Part shown: positions 19,772-29,039 of the stretch, piece after piece
Position numbering within the stretch: the stretch's first letter is position 1
How the letters are laid out: every line of letters begins with the position of its first letter
Assembly (NCBI GenBank): GCA_004556455.1
Contig: SFGY01000007.1
Location: 132,925 to 196,924, forward strand
DNA from: Clostridiales bacterium
GTDB taxonomy: Bacteria > Bacillota > Clostridia > Saccharofermentanales > DTU023
Direction of reading: 5' to 3'
DNA: 64,000 bases
The notes under the pieces: generated by a model
The model's input: the letters and a program-made list of their open reading frames with translations, nothing else
The model's database searches: none
What the model was told of the DNA's origin: nothing
Translations under genes and position numbers: made by a program

Positions 19772-21754
19772 TTAAACCTCCTTGAGGCCGGCGGGCTTGA
19801 ATTCTCTTCCATCGCCGACAAAGTATTTGCTGAAAAGTTCGTAGTACATCAGACGAAGATCCTGAATAAAAACGATCAGACCTTCCAGACCAAGAATCAA
19901 AAGGTTGCCGAGCACTCCCATGAGGATATTCCCCACGCCGGAATTGAGCATGGAGGCGAGGGTATGAAAAGCCAGAAAGAGGCCGACATGGTTCAGCGCG
20001 AAGGCGCCGACACGAATGAAGGAGAGGCTGTTGGACAAAACATTCAGCAGCATCTCGATCAGGCTGAAGGAATTTTCCACATAATAATCTGCCGCGCTGT
20101 CGTCATAGAGTCTTGAGCTGTGCGTGAGCAGGGCAAAAAGCGGTTCCCGGAAAAAGATGAGCAGGGCGAAAAAGGCGAGCAGGATAAGGGGCAGCGGCGA
20201 GGGCAGAAGCGGCTGGCCCACGAGGCCCGCCACAACCAGCAGAAAGGAGAGGAAAAAGCAAAAGCCGGCAAGCCCCTCGCGGCCAAGCAGGGCCTCCCTC
20301 AGGTCACCAATTTTAACCTTGTTGACGATGCCCATGAGATAAGCCAGTGACAACAGGACGAGGCCGAAGGCGACAGCGGCCAGGAGGGTGGTGGTGGTGT
20401 TTTCAAAGGGCCGATAGAAAATGGGCAGAGGAATGAGCGAAGAGATCAGACCTTCATAGCCGAAAAACGAGTCGTAGATAAAACCCGTCACCATGGAGGC
20501 CAGGCCGATGCGCGACAAGACGCCGCCCATGCCGGGGTGGCGTTTTTTCTGCAGGAGCAGACCTGCAATCAGAAAAACCAGCCCCTGGCCAAGATCGCCG
20601 AACATGATCCCGAAGAGCAACATATAGGCCAGGCCGAAGAAAGTCGTCGGATCACTCTCGTGATAGGCAGGTGTGCCGTACATACGCACGAGGCTCTCAA
20701 AGGGCCGGATAAAGGCATTGTTTTTCAGCGATGTCGGGGCGAGCTCATAGACACGGGCCTCTTTTGATCCGAGGATATTGAGCAGGCCGTGGTATTTTTC
20801 AACCGCCGTGGTAATCGCGGCGATTTCGCTGCGCGGCGTCCACAGGGAGAGATAGGCATAGTGCTCGCTTTCGCCGAGATAGGGTAGCGCTTTGCGCAGG
20901 GCATCTTCGAGCAGAAGGTGGGAATAAACGCGGTCGATCTCACTTTTGCGTGAATTGGCCCAGGCAATACTGGCCTCTCTCGCTTTCTTCAGCTCCTCAT
21001 TTTTATTCCTGACGAGGGCTTCCAATTCCGGTCCAAAGTCACAGTCCAGATAACGCTCATCGAGCTTCACCAGCTCGGTGCGCAGGCTGCGGATCACCCG
21101 TTCGCTCTCCAGCTCAATTTCTCTGGGATAAACGAAGAGCAGAAGGCTCCGGTCCTTTTCCTGAATTAACTTGACATAAAAGGGCGGCACTTCGCCGGCG
21201 TTTTGAGCGAGCCTTTCCAGGGCGCTGTGGTCGACCCAGCCAAGGGTCATCTCCATGTTCTTCATCCTGGCCAGTCTGCCGACCGGGAAATCCAGACCAG
21301 AGGCCGCCAGCTCCTGATAGGGTTTAAGGCTCTCCAGATCTTTTTCCAGCTCATCAATGCGCCGGAAAAGGGCCTCGGACTCTTCTAGGAGCTGCGGCAT
21401 CACCTTTGAAGGAAGAAAATAGTCGCGAAAATGGTTCAGTTCATCGAGATTCAGCTCAGCCTTAATCCCTGTTTTCTCCTCCAGCTCAGCGATGCGCTCT
21501 TTATCGGCGTCGATATTTTCCTGTACACGAAAAGCTTTAACGTCGTTAAATTCGCGAATCTTTTCAGCATTTTCGACCTTGGCGCTGAGCAGAAAACTGG
21601 TCTCGTCAATCATTTTGCGGGCATCCACCCACTCCACGCGGCGCTGCAGGATGAGCTCACTCAAAAGATCGAAAATCGATGCTTTGGGCACGATGATATT
21701 CATCATCGCCATACGCTCAATGGCCATCAGCCACACTCCTTTCTTTCTGTTCAT
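19772..21754 (-). CDS. atpI: V/A-type ATPase subunit I (a-subunit)
   Basis: 660 aa, with a hydrophilic N-terminal half and a polytopic C-terminal half. The probable true start is MAIERMAMMNIIVPK at 21727. Confidence 0.85.
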   Translation of the reverse strand: MNRKKGVWLMAIERMAMMNIIVPKASIFDLLSELILQRRVEWVDARKMIDETSFLLSAKVENAEKIREFNDVKAFRVQENIDADKERIAELEEKTGIKAELNLDELNHFRDYFLPSKVMPQLLEESEALFRRIDELEKDLESLKPYQELAASGLDFPVGRLARMKNMEMTLGWVDHSALERLAQNAGEVPPFYVKLIQEKDRSLLLFVYPREIELESERVIRSLRTELVKLDERYLDCDFGPELEALVRNKNEELKKAREASIAWANSRKSEIDRVYSHLLLEDALRKALPYLGESEHYAYLSLWTPRSEIAAITTAVEKYHGLLNILGSKEARVYELAPTSLKNNAFIRPFESLVRMYGTPAYHESDPTTFFGLAYMLLFGIMFGDLGQGLVFLIAGLLLQKKRHPGMGGVLSRIGLASMVTGFIYDSFFGYEGLISSLIPLPIFYRPFENTTTTLLAAVAFGLVLLSLAYLMGIVNKVKIGDLREALLGREGLAGFCFFLSFLLVVAGLVGQPLLPSPLPLILLAFFALLIFFREPLFALLTHSSRLYDDSAADYYVENSFSLIEMLLNVLSNSLSFIRVGAFALNHVGLFLAFHTLASMLNSGVGNILMGVLGNLLILGLEGLIVFIQDLRLMYYELFSKYFVGDGREFKPAGLKEV

Positions 21755-22748
21755 GCCGCAAAACAGTTCTCAGCACGAGCGCATCCAGATCCAGCGACTC
21801 GCTGCTGTTGTCCTTGGCTTCCATAATCGTAAAAATATCCCGGTACTGAAACTCCCAGCTGTGAAGAAATTCCACAAACGTCGCCAGGCTGTGTTCATCA
21901 CGGGCCTTCAGCCGATGCAGGTGCTGCAACAGGAAGGACTCGATGCGCAGAACCTGACTATTTAGTTCACCGACAAAGACCTCGGCATAAGGGCTCGCGG
22001 CAATAAAAGCTTCGACTTCCTCTTCGCTCATGTGCGCGAGGGCATTGAGTTCATCCAGGTGAATCATTTTGCCGCCGGGCAGGGTGGCGTTGAGGATTAA
22101 CGAGGGCGAAAGCTCATAATAGCGTTTCGCGCGGCGGATAAAGCGGAGGTTCTTCATGTCGACGTCCAGGCCGATGGGTTCCAACACCGTTTTTCTGTCC
22201 CCTCCGGAGAGGCCATCCAGAGACTTTTCCAGTTGTTGATAGTAATTCTGATCGAGCTTCATCTCGAACTCAAATTCATTGTCCTCCGGGTGGACCATGC
22301 TCTCCCTGAGCAAGCGCAGATAATCCTCGCGCCGGCCAGGCAACAGCAGCTGCCCCTCCTGGGTACAAAGCGCAGCTTCACTTTGATCTTCGATCTCATG
22401 TAGCAAGGCTAGAACACCATTGAGCCGGGCGCGTCGCTTGAGATCTTCAACAAGAAAACGATCCCGGATACAGTCGAAGAACTTCTTATAGGAGAGCGGG
22501 TAAAAACGTTCGACCTTTTGGATTTGCCTGGCATAGCGCGCGAGAAGATAGTGTTGCAGCTCGCGCGGTTCAGAGGCCTCCGCAGGCAGATCTTCAAAGA
22601 GCGTCAGGCTGCGGGCCAGCTGCAAAAACTCTGCAAAATCTGCGGCCTGAATCAGGCGCTCAAATTCGTCCTCGCTCAGAAAATCGCGTTGCATCACCCG
22701 GATTTTGGTCACCGGGGCAGCGTGCAAAGCCATTTTATCCATCGTCAA
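21717..22748 (-). CDS. atpC: V/A-type ATPase subunit C (d-type)
   Basis: A 343-aa all-helical protein positioned upstream of subunit I, overlapping neighbours at both ends. Confidence 0.7.
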   Translation of the reverse strand: MTMDKMALHAAPVTKIRVMQRDFLSEDEFERLIQAADFAEFLQLARSLTLFEDLPAEASEPRELQHYLLARYARQIQKVERFYPLSYKKFFDCIRDRFLVEDLKRRARLNGVLALLHEIEDQSEAALCTQEGQLLLPGRREDYLRLLRESMVHPEDNEFEFEMKLDQNYYQQLEKSLDGLSGGDRKTVLEPIGLDVDMKNLRFIRRAKRYYELSPSLILNATLPGGKMIHLDELNALAHMSEEEVEAFIAASPYAEVFVGELNSQVLRIESFLLQHLHRLKARDEHSLATFVEFLHSWEFQYRDIFTIMEAKDNSSESLDLDALVLRTVLRHEQKERSVADGH

Positions 22749-23089
22749 GCCTGCTCAATCTGTTCTTTTAAAGAAGTGCAGAGCCGATCCAGGAGGGCCT
22801 CTTTGGCCTCAAGGTAAGCGGCAGGGAGATCCGCCGTGGCCTCAAACTGCAAACCGGAGTCTGCCAGTGGGGTTTCTTCAAGTCCTTCCGCCGGTGCGGC
22901 GGCAAGCTTTTCTGTCAGCTGATCAAGTTCACGCCGCAGAGCGAGGAGCTCCTTCCGACGGCTTTCACTATCGGCTTCAAATTCAGCCTCAAGCGTCTTT
23001 TTCCAGGCGCTTAAGTCGTTGTCGAGGTCCAGAACCTCCTGCATCATTTCCACTTTTTCTGTCCTGTCCATCGTCCTGTTCACCTTCAA
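22745..23089 (-). CDS. Small coiled-coil protein, probable V/A-ATPase peripheral-stalk (G/H-like) subunit
   Basis: 114 aa and highly charged (EKVEMMQEVLDLDNDLSAWKKTLEAEFEADSESRRKELLALRRELDQLTEKL). First gene of the ATPase block. Its ATG overlaps the stop of the acyltransferase gene. Confidence 0.5.
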   Translation of the reverse strand: MKVNRTMDRTEKVEMMQEVLDLDNDLSAWKKTLEAEFEADSESRRKELLALRRELDQLTEKLAAAPAEGLEETPLADSGLQFEATADLPAAYLEAKEALLDRLCTSLKEQIEQA

Positions 23090-25122
23090 TCCGAGTTCTC
23101 TGCCGTCCCGCTTTGCGTGGGCTCCGCAAGGCTTGACGGCTGAGTTTTTTCATTGAGGATCTGCAAGATAAGGTCCAGAATGACTTGATCGTAAACCCAG
23201 GCGCCTTCCGGTATGGGATGGGTGGCATCCTGGTAAAAATATTCGGGATGATTTTTGGCCGCCGCATACCAGTCGGCGATATAAACATTGTCCTCTTTCT
23301 GAGCGTAGCTCGCAAGTTTTTCGTTATTCGGCTGTTCCCAGCTTCCCGGAACCACCGTGTTGACGAAGATAAGAGGACGGTCACCAGCCAGTGCCTTATA
23401 GGCAGGAATATCGTCCGCATTAAGGTCGCCATTGGTCGCCAGGCAGACAACAATGATGTCAGCCGGCACAGCGGAATTGAGAATCCCCTCCAGCACGCCC
23501 GGCCCCTGGAAGAAGTGCCGCGAGACCACAGCGTCGATGGTGACGTTAGGCACGTAGAGGCGCATGCCATCCATGGCCATGGCCAGAACAGAATCTCCAA
23601 TCATCACGAGATTGAGGCTGGCCAGTTTGGCCAGCTCCGAAGCCTTGTAACCGAAAGGATTTTCATCCGAAACAACGCCCGGCGCTTCCGTCGTTGGGGT
23701 GGCTGTCGTTGCTGCCGTGGTCCGCGCAGGTGTCGCTTTTTCACTGGGTTTCCTGCTCTGTGACGGCTTAGCTGACGCTTCGGCAGCCCTGCGCGAGGCC
23801 TGGGCCGCCAGACGGCTCTCATTTTCAGAAATTGCCGCTTCGACCGCTTCGCCCTTTAGTTTTGGCGCCTGGGGCTGGACCGGCGGGGGAAGAATCAACA
23901 TGACAGTCAAAGCCAGAGCCATAAAAACGGCCAGGGCCGAGCGCATACTTTCGCGAATGCTGCCCTGGCTGCGGAAAATCCGGTAGCTAAGCTCAGCAAG
24001 CAGAGCGAGCAGAGGCAGCTCTACAGCCAGACGCAGACCAAAACTGATCTTGGAAAAGCGCAAGCCCGCATCAAAGACAATCATCAGGGCATATTGCCAG
24101 AGATAAAGCTCATAGCTGCGGCTGGAAAGCCAGCGGAAAGGGGCGGATTCCATGAAAAAGCGCATCCCCGGAACGGCCTTCGCTCCTGCCATATATATGT
24201 ATAAAACAGCCAGCAGACTATAGAGATAAAAGCCCCCGCGGAAGAGAAAGCTCGAGCGCCAGCTAAAGAGAAAATACGAGGCGACGAGCAGAAGCAGGCT
24301 GAACCAGCCCATCAGAGTACGCAGAGGTAGGGGAAGATGGTGCTGAACTTTGCCCTGAAAGGTTTTTCGCATCTGCCGTCCGGCCACCCACAGGCTGGCC
24401 GCTGCTCCGTTCAGGAATGCGTGGGAGCGGCAGAGTGAACCGTAGTAAACACGAATCGGGTCGACAGCCGGATCGTAGAGCCTGGACATCAGCAGCGCCG
24501 AGGCTGCGCCTAAAAGCAGGAGGAAGAGGGCTGAGACTTCTCGCCCCCACAGTCTCGCCCGGCCGGGCAGATGGTCGCAAATCCTGGAAAGACCCATATA
24601 AAGAAGAGGAAAGAAAAGGTAAAACTGCATCTCCATGGAGAGGGCCCAGAGATGGACGAGAGGGTCAAAATGGCCATGGCGGTTGAAATAGGAGTTATCC
24701 GCCAGAATCTGCGCGATGTTGTTGCCCCCCAGGAGGGTAGGTGGAGCGCTGTCCTTAAGGAAAGGAGAGATTTCCGGAATCACAAAGCCGCAGAAAAGAG
24801 CCAGCATCATGCAGAGAAAAAGCAAAGGCGGCCAGAGTTTCTTGATTTTTCCCCCGTAATAGCGCATGAGATCGACTTCCGGGCGCACCACAAAGCTGCG
24901 GGTCGTATAAAAACCGGCCAGTGCAAAAAAGATGACGACGCCCAGAAAACCGGCAGGAACCAGATCCGGCCTGAGATGGTAGGCGGAAACACCGAGCAAA
25001 GCGAGCACGCGCAGCCCTTCCGAGCCGCTTTGACGTTTCGCCGTTCGCTTCGTCCGCCGCATGGCGTCTTGTGACCTTATGGCCTGTGAAGTGAAAAATT
25101 CCATACTCGTTGATTTTAGCAC
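23086..25122 (-). CDS. Acyltransferase-3 family membrane protein with C-terminal SGNH domain (OatA-like O-acetyltransferase)
   Basis: The N-terminus LRVLALLGVSAYHLRPDLVPAGFLGVVIFFALAGF is followed by about 10 TM segments. Then comes a P/A/T-rich linker and an SGNH-like LVMIGDSVLAMAMDG...DATHPIPEGAWVY. Confidence 0.8.
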   Translation of the reverse strand: MLKSTSMEFFTSQAIRSQDAMRRTKRTAKRQSGSEGLRVLALLGVSAYHLRPDLVPAGFLGVVIFFALAGFYTTRSFVVRPEVDLMRYYGGKIKKLWPPLLFLCMMLALFCGFVIPEISPFLKDSAPPTLLGGNNIAQILADNSYFNRHGHFDPLVHLWALSMEMQFYLFFPLLYMGLSRICDHLPGRARLWGREVSALFLLLLGAASALLMSRLYDPAVDPIRVYYGSLCRSHAFLNGAAASLWVAGRQMRKTFQGKVQHHLPLPLRTLMGWFSLLLLVASYFLFSWRSSFLFRGGFYLYSLLAVLYIYMAGAKAVPGMRFFMESAPFRWLSSRSYELYLWQYALMIVFDAGLRFSKISFGLRLAVELPLLALLAELSYRIFRSQGSIRESMRSALAVFMALALTVMLILPPPVQPQAPKLKGEAVEAAISENESRLAAQASRRAAEASAKPSQSRKPSEKATPARTTAATTATPTTEAPGVVSDENPFGYKASELAKLASLNLVMIGDSVLAMAMDGMRLYVPNVTIDAVVSRHFFQGPGVLEGILNSAVPADIIVVCLATNGDLNADDIPAYKALAGDRPLIFVNTVVPGSWEQPNNEKLASYAQKEDNVYIADWYAAAKNHPEYFYQDATHPIPEGAWVYDQVILDLILQILNEKTQPSSLAEPTQSGTAENSD

Positions 25123-25304
25123 AAAGGCGAATCCTCATCGAAGAAAAGCAGTGCTTCTATCGGTATTTTGGGCATTTCACCACGCCTTAATGAAAAGAAG
25201 TTTTTTTCCTTGTCATCCTCACAAAAATCAGCAGAAATAGGGCTCACCTGATTCGATCATTGTCTGGTGAGACCACCTTCTGAACTCAGACTTCCTACAG
25301 TTTC

Positions 25305-25332
25305 TTGACATTTTTTACAAACTCGCTAAACT
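25305..25332 (+). promoter_or_regulatory. Putative sigma-70 promoter of the T-box leader
   Basis: TTGACA (25305-25310), N16, TAAACT (25327-25332). Confidence 0.55.
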
Positions 25333-25344
25333 GTTAAAAAAATA

Positions 25345-25630
25345 AACCGATGACGAAGAAGAGTAGCTGGCGGCAAGCCCGGCGAGCGAGTGGCGGTACG
25401 GTGTGAGCGCCATCCGGGAAGCGTCAGTGAATGGGCTTCTGAGGGCAGGGAGAAAGGCTGAATTGCATCAGCCAAGTAATACCTGACGGTACCCTACCGT
25501 AATATTGGGGACCAATATGTTGGTATTGGATTGAGTGTGCGCAAGCAAAATTGGGTGGTACCGCAGAAGTACGGCCTTTTGGCCTTTGACTTTTGTCCCA
25601 TGTTCAGGGATGAAAGTCTTTTTTTATTTT
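25345..25630 (+). promoter_or_regulatory. T-box riboswitch, tryptophan specifier (UGG)
   Basis: The Stem I base CCGATGACGAAGAAGAGTA ... GAA-TGG-G-CTTCTGAGGG has the same spacing as the glyQS GAA-GGC-A-CUUC, giving specifier TGG at 25432-25434. The T-box sequence AATTGGGTGGTACCGC is at 25549-25566. The terminator GACTTTTGTCCC...GGGATGAAAGTC plus T7 is at 25588-25630. Confidence 0.85.
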
Positions 25631-25739
25631 CTCCCTCCTCTCATCCATGGCAGCATGGCAGCCGCCGTACCGCCGCAAAGCAGCGGTACAAGGGGATTTC
25701 GCAACAGTCGAAACCCACAGAAAGATTGGAGAAACGATC

Positions 25740-26924
25740 ATGAAAAACCTGAAAAAAAGCTGTGCTCTTTTTGTCCTCTTTGTCCTGCTCTGCAGCTGTC
25801 TCGGCGCCTGTGCGGGAGGAGCGACAGGTTCTGGAACCAGTACATCCACGAATTCAGCACCTGCTGGGAACTCTGATGTAGCAAGCTCTGCAGACTCTAC
25901 TCAAACAAAAAGCGAGAAGGGCGTAGCGGCTAAGACTGGCCCGGAGAATGCAGCGCCCGAAGCAGACGAGAGTAAATCAGCGAACCCTGAACCAGGCCAA
26001 AAGGAGCTTCACATCGGCATTTTGCAATTCGCTCAGCATCCCTCCCTGGATAACTGCCGAGAGGGGTTCTTAAAGGGTCTGGCAGAAAGCGGTTTCGTCG
26101 AAGGTCAGAATCTCACTGTCGACGTGCAGAATGCCCAGGCCGACATGGGGATTTGCGGCCAGATCGCTGCCCAGTTTGCCGGAAAAAAGCTTGACCTGAT
26201 CTGCGCCATTGCGACACCAGCCGCCATGAGTGCCTATAATGCCGCCCAGAGCAAGGGGATCCCCGTGATTTATACCGCCATCAGCGATCCGGTCGCAGCT
26301 CAGCTCGCCGACAGCGATAAAAAACCGCTGGGCGAGGTGACCGGGACGAGTGACCGTCTGCCCATCAAAGAACAGCTCTCCCTGATTCGTGAAGTCCTTC
26401 CTGATGCCAAAAACATCGGCATCCTCTTCAGCACCAGCGAAGCCAACTCCGTCTCCATGCTCGAAGTGTATAAAAAGCTGGCACCAGAGTACGGCTTTGA
26501 AATTGTCGATAGCGGCATCAGCAGCAGTTCCGATATTCCTCTGGCCTGCGATGCCCTTCTCAAAAAGGTCGACGCTCTCAGCAATCTCACCGACAATACC
26601 GTTGTCAACTCCCTGCCCCTCATTCTCAGCAAAGCCAAAGCAAAGAACATTCCCGTTTTTGGCTCAGAAATCGAGCAGGTTCGTCTGGGCTGTCTGGCCT
26701 CCGAAGGCATCGAATACATCTCCCTTGGCAGGCAGACCGGCGCCATGGCCGCAAAAATTCTCCGCGGTGAGGCCAAAGCTTCCGAGCTGCCCTACGAAGA
26801 AATCGCCGAAGCCTGCCTCAGCGTAAATCTCCAGGCCGCCTCTGACCTGGGCATTAAGTTCAGCGACGAGCTCCTCGCCCGTGCCGTAGAAAAATTCACT
26901 GAGATCAGCAGCGCAAATAAATAA
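25740..26924 (+). CDS. ABC transporter substrate-binding lipoprotein (ABC_sub_bind/PF04392-like), predicted tryptophan-related
   Basis: ATG 25740 follows TGGAGAAACGATC. Lipobox LLCSCLGAC, then a long S/T/A/E-rich tether. Core: HIGILQFAQHPSLDNCREGFLKGLAESGF...DLICAIATPAAMSAYNA. Confidence 0.8.
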   Translation: MKNLKKSCALFVLFVLLCSCLGACAGGATGSGTSTSTNSAPAGNSDVASSADSTQTKSEKGVAAKTGPENAAPEADESKSANPEPGQKELHIGILQFAQHPSLDNCREGFLKGLAESGFVEGQNLTVDVQNAQADMGICGQIAAQFAGKKLDLICAIATPAAMSAYNAAQSKGIPVIYTAISDPVAAQLADSDKKPLGEVTGTSDRLPIKEQLSLIREVLPDAKNIGILFSTSEANSVSMLEVYKKLAPEYGFEIVDSGISSSSDIPLACDALLKKVDALSNLTDNTVVNSLPLILSKAKAKNIPVFGSEIEQVRLGCLASEGIEYISLGRQTGAMAAKILRGEAKASELPYEEIAEACLSVNLQAASDLGIKFSDELLARAVEKFTEISSANK

Positions 26925-26997
26925 AACCGCTGCTCTGCTCATATCAGCTCACGCTCTGCGCCGCCAGCTTCCCCTGCGGCAGTATTAAACTCTTGAG

Positions 26998-27945
26998 GTG
27001 CTCATGGAGATTCTACTTGGCATTCTCGAACAAGGTCTGACCTATGCCTTTCTGGCCCTCGGCCTCTACTTCGCTTACATCATCCTTGACTTTCCCGACC
27101 TTACCGTGGATGGCAGTTTTCCCCTGGGCGCAGCTGTCAGCGTCTCCCTGAGCCTTGCCGGCCTGCCTCCCCTGCTGACACTGGTGGCCGCCGCGCTTGC
27201 CGGGGCCGCCGCTGGCCTCTGCACGGGCCTCATTCATGTCAAACTGCGGGTCAAGGATCTGCTTGCCGGTCTCATTATGCAAACGGCCCTCTATACGGTG
27301 AACCTCATGATTGCCGGACGATCCAACGTGCCGATTTTTGACCGGGATACCCTCTTCCAGAATACCCGTATGGATGCGTTTCTTCCCCCGTCCCTGCAGC
27401 CCCTGCGCGTGCTTATCATGATGCTGCCACTGGTCATTTTAATTAAGCTGGCCTGTGACGCCTTTCTCTCAACCCAGGCCGGTTTTCTTTTAAAGGCCGC
27501 AGGCGATAAGCCCAGCCTGGTCTGCAGTCTGGCGCATGATCCCGGCATGGTCAAAGTAGGAGGACTTGCTCTTGCCAATGCTCTGGTGGCGCTCTCCGGA
27601 GCCTGTGTCGCTCAGGAACAGCGTTTTTTTGAAATCTCCATGGGTACAGGCGCCATGCTCATGGGCCTGGCCTCAGTGATCCTTGGCCTGAAACTTCTGG
27701 AGAGTTTTGGCCGCTTGCGTGAGACCACGAAAGTCATTTTAGGTTCTGTGATCTACAAGGCAGTCATCGCCTTCGCCATTACTCTGGGCCTGCCGCCCAA
27801 CGCCTTAAAACTGCTGACGGCCCTGACCTTTCTCGTGATTCTGGTGGCCGGAAATGGGCAAATGGCTGCACATTTTCGTCGCCTCTTCGGCTTGAGCAAG
27901 ACCTGCACGGAAAGCAAAACCCAAAAGGAGGCCAAAGATGCTTGA
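26998..27945 (+). CDS. ABC transporter permease (partner of the PF04392 system)
   Basis: Polytopic membrane protein: LGILEQGLTYAFLALGLYFAYIILDFPDLTVDGSFPLGAAV. The start is GTG 26998 or ATG 27004. Confidence 0.8.
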   Translation: MLMEILLGILEQGLTYAFLALGLYFAYIILDFPDLTVDGSFPLGAAVSVSLSLAGLPPLLTLVAAALAGAAAGLCTGLIHVKLRVKDLLAGLIMQTALYTVNLMIAGRSNVPIFDRDTLFQNTRMDAFLPPSLQPLRVLIMMLPLVILIKLACDAFLSTQAGFLLKAAGDKPSLVCSLAHDPGMVKVGGLALANALVALSGACVAQEQRFFEISMGTGAMLMGLASVILGLKLLESFGRLRETTKVILGSVIYKAVIAFAITLGLPPNALKLLTALTFLVILVAGNGQMAAHFRRLFGLSKTCTESKTQKEAKDA

Positions 27946-28717
27946 ACTGCGTCACATTGACTTGAGCTACAATCGCGGAACTCCCAATGAAGTCCAGCTT
28001 TTTGAGGACTTTACTCTCAAGGTGGAAAGCGGACAATTTGTCAGCATCGTGGGCAGCAACGGTTCGGGAAAAACCAGCCTGCTCAATCTGCTGAGCGGCC
28101 GCTTCCGTCCCCAGAAGGGCGAAATTCTGATCGACGGCGAGGACGTGACGAAGCAGGCGGAGCACCTGCATTACCGCAGTCTCAGCCGGGTTTTTCAGGA
28201 TCCCTCCGCAGGAACTTCCCCCTCCCTGACGCTGCTGCAAAATCTTGCTCTTGCTGAACATAAAGGGCAGCGCTATGGCCTCAGACCCGGAGTTTCGCGC
28301 GAGCGCATGGATGATTACCGCAGCCAGCTGGCCGCCTTTGGGCTGGGTTTGGAAAACCGGCTCAACGACAAAGTGATAACCCTTTCCGGAGGTCAGCGTC
28401 AGGCCGTGGCTCTTCTGATGGCCACTATGACGCCGATCAAAATTTTGCTCCTGGACGAGCATACGGCCGCCCTGGACCCCAAAACCGCCGAAGCCATTAT
28501 GCAGCTGACCCATCAGATCATCCGTGAGAAAAAGCTGACCGCCCTGATGGTCACCCACAATCTGCGTTACAGTCTTCGTTATGGCGACCGTATTCTCATG
28601 ATGCACGGCGGCAAGATTCTTCTCGATGCGAACGGTGAAGCCAAAAAGGTACTGCAGCTGGATGATCTTCTCTCCCGCTTTTACGCGATCAGCATCGAGG
28701 CTGGCAACAGCATTTGA
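27938..28717 (+). CDS. ABC transporter ATP-binding protein
   Basis: GSNGSGKTSLLNLLSG, LSGGQRQAVALLMA, ILLLDEHTAALDP. Overlaps the permease stop. Confidence 0.9.
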   Translation: MLELRHIDLSYNRGTPNEVQLFEDFTLKVESGQFVSIVGSNGSGKTSLLNLLSGRFRPQKGEILIDGEDVTKQAEHLHYRSLSRVFQDPSAGTSPSLTLLQNLALAEHKGQRYGLRPGVSRERMDDYRSQLAAFGLGLENRLNDKVITLSGGQRQAVALLMATMTPIKILLLDEHTAALDPKTAEAIMQLTHQIIREKKLTALMVTHNLRYSLRYGDRILMMHGGKILLDANGEAKKVLQLDDLLSRFYAISIEAGNSI

Positions 28718-28741
28718 ACTCTATAAATTTTAGCTGCACCC

Positions 28742-28771
28742 TTGTCAGACTTTCCGTGCTTCAGGTATAAT
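28742..28771 (+). promoter_or_regulatory. Putative sigma-70 promoter of the lysine-riboswitch leader
   Basis: TTGTCA (28742-28747), N18, TATAAT (28766-28771). Confidence 0.6.
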
Positions 28772-28816
28772 TGGCTGGCAAAGCAAGCAAACTTACGCAA
28801 AAATCTAGCACAATCA

Positions 28817-28980
28817 ACAATAGAGGCGCGGCGTTTGGGTAGTCTTCCAACATTTCCGGACCGGGAAGGGAGATGAAGTCTTCGCCGCCGAAGAGGGAAA
28901 GACGGGTCCACGTCTTTTTTCTCTGGTGAAGGGCAGGAATTGTCCTCCACTGTCATGCCGGGGCATGGAGCGCTATGTGT
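28817..28980 (+). promoter_or_regulatory. Lysine riboswitch (L-box) aptamer
   Basis: AGAGGCGCGGCG...GGGTAG...GCCGCCGAAGAGGG...CCACTGTCATGCCGGGGCATGGAGCGCT reproduces the conserved L-box blocks, compared from memory with the T. maritima and B. subtilis lysC aptamers (GAGGCGC, GAGUAG, GCCGAAG, CCACUGUCA, GGAGAGC). Confidence 0.85.
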
Positions 28981-29009
28981 GAATCTTCACACATAGCCTT
29001 TTTCTTTTT
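28972..29009 (+). terminator. Intrinsic terminator of the lysine-riboswitch expression platform
   Basis: GCTATGTGTGAA-TC-TTCACACATAGC is a perfect 12-bp stem followed by CTTTTTCTTTTT. Its 5' arm contains the aptamer P1 3' strand (CTATGTGT, 28973-28980). Confidence 0.8.
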
Positions 29010-29039
29010 GCGGAACTTTTGTCTGAGAGCTTCTTCGCA

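Noticed and set aside
25647-25739. N-terminal extension of the SBP ORF (MAAWQPPYRRKAAVQGDFATVETHRKIGETI...) suggested by the ORF track.
   Set aside because: It begins immediately after the T-box terminator and has no RBS. The signal peptide with its lipobox starts at the internal ATG 25740, which is preceded by GGAG.
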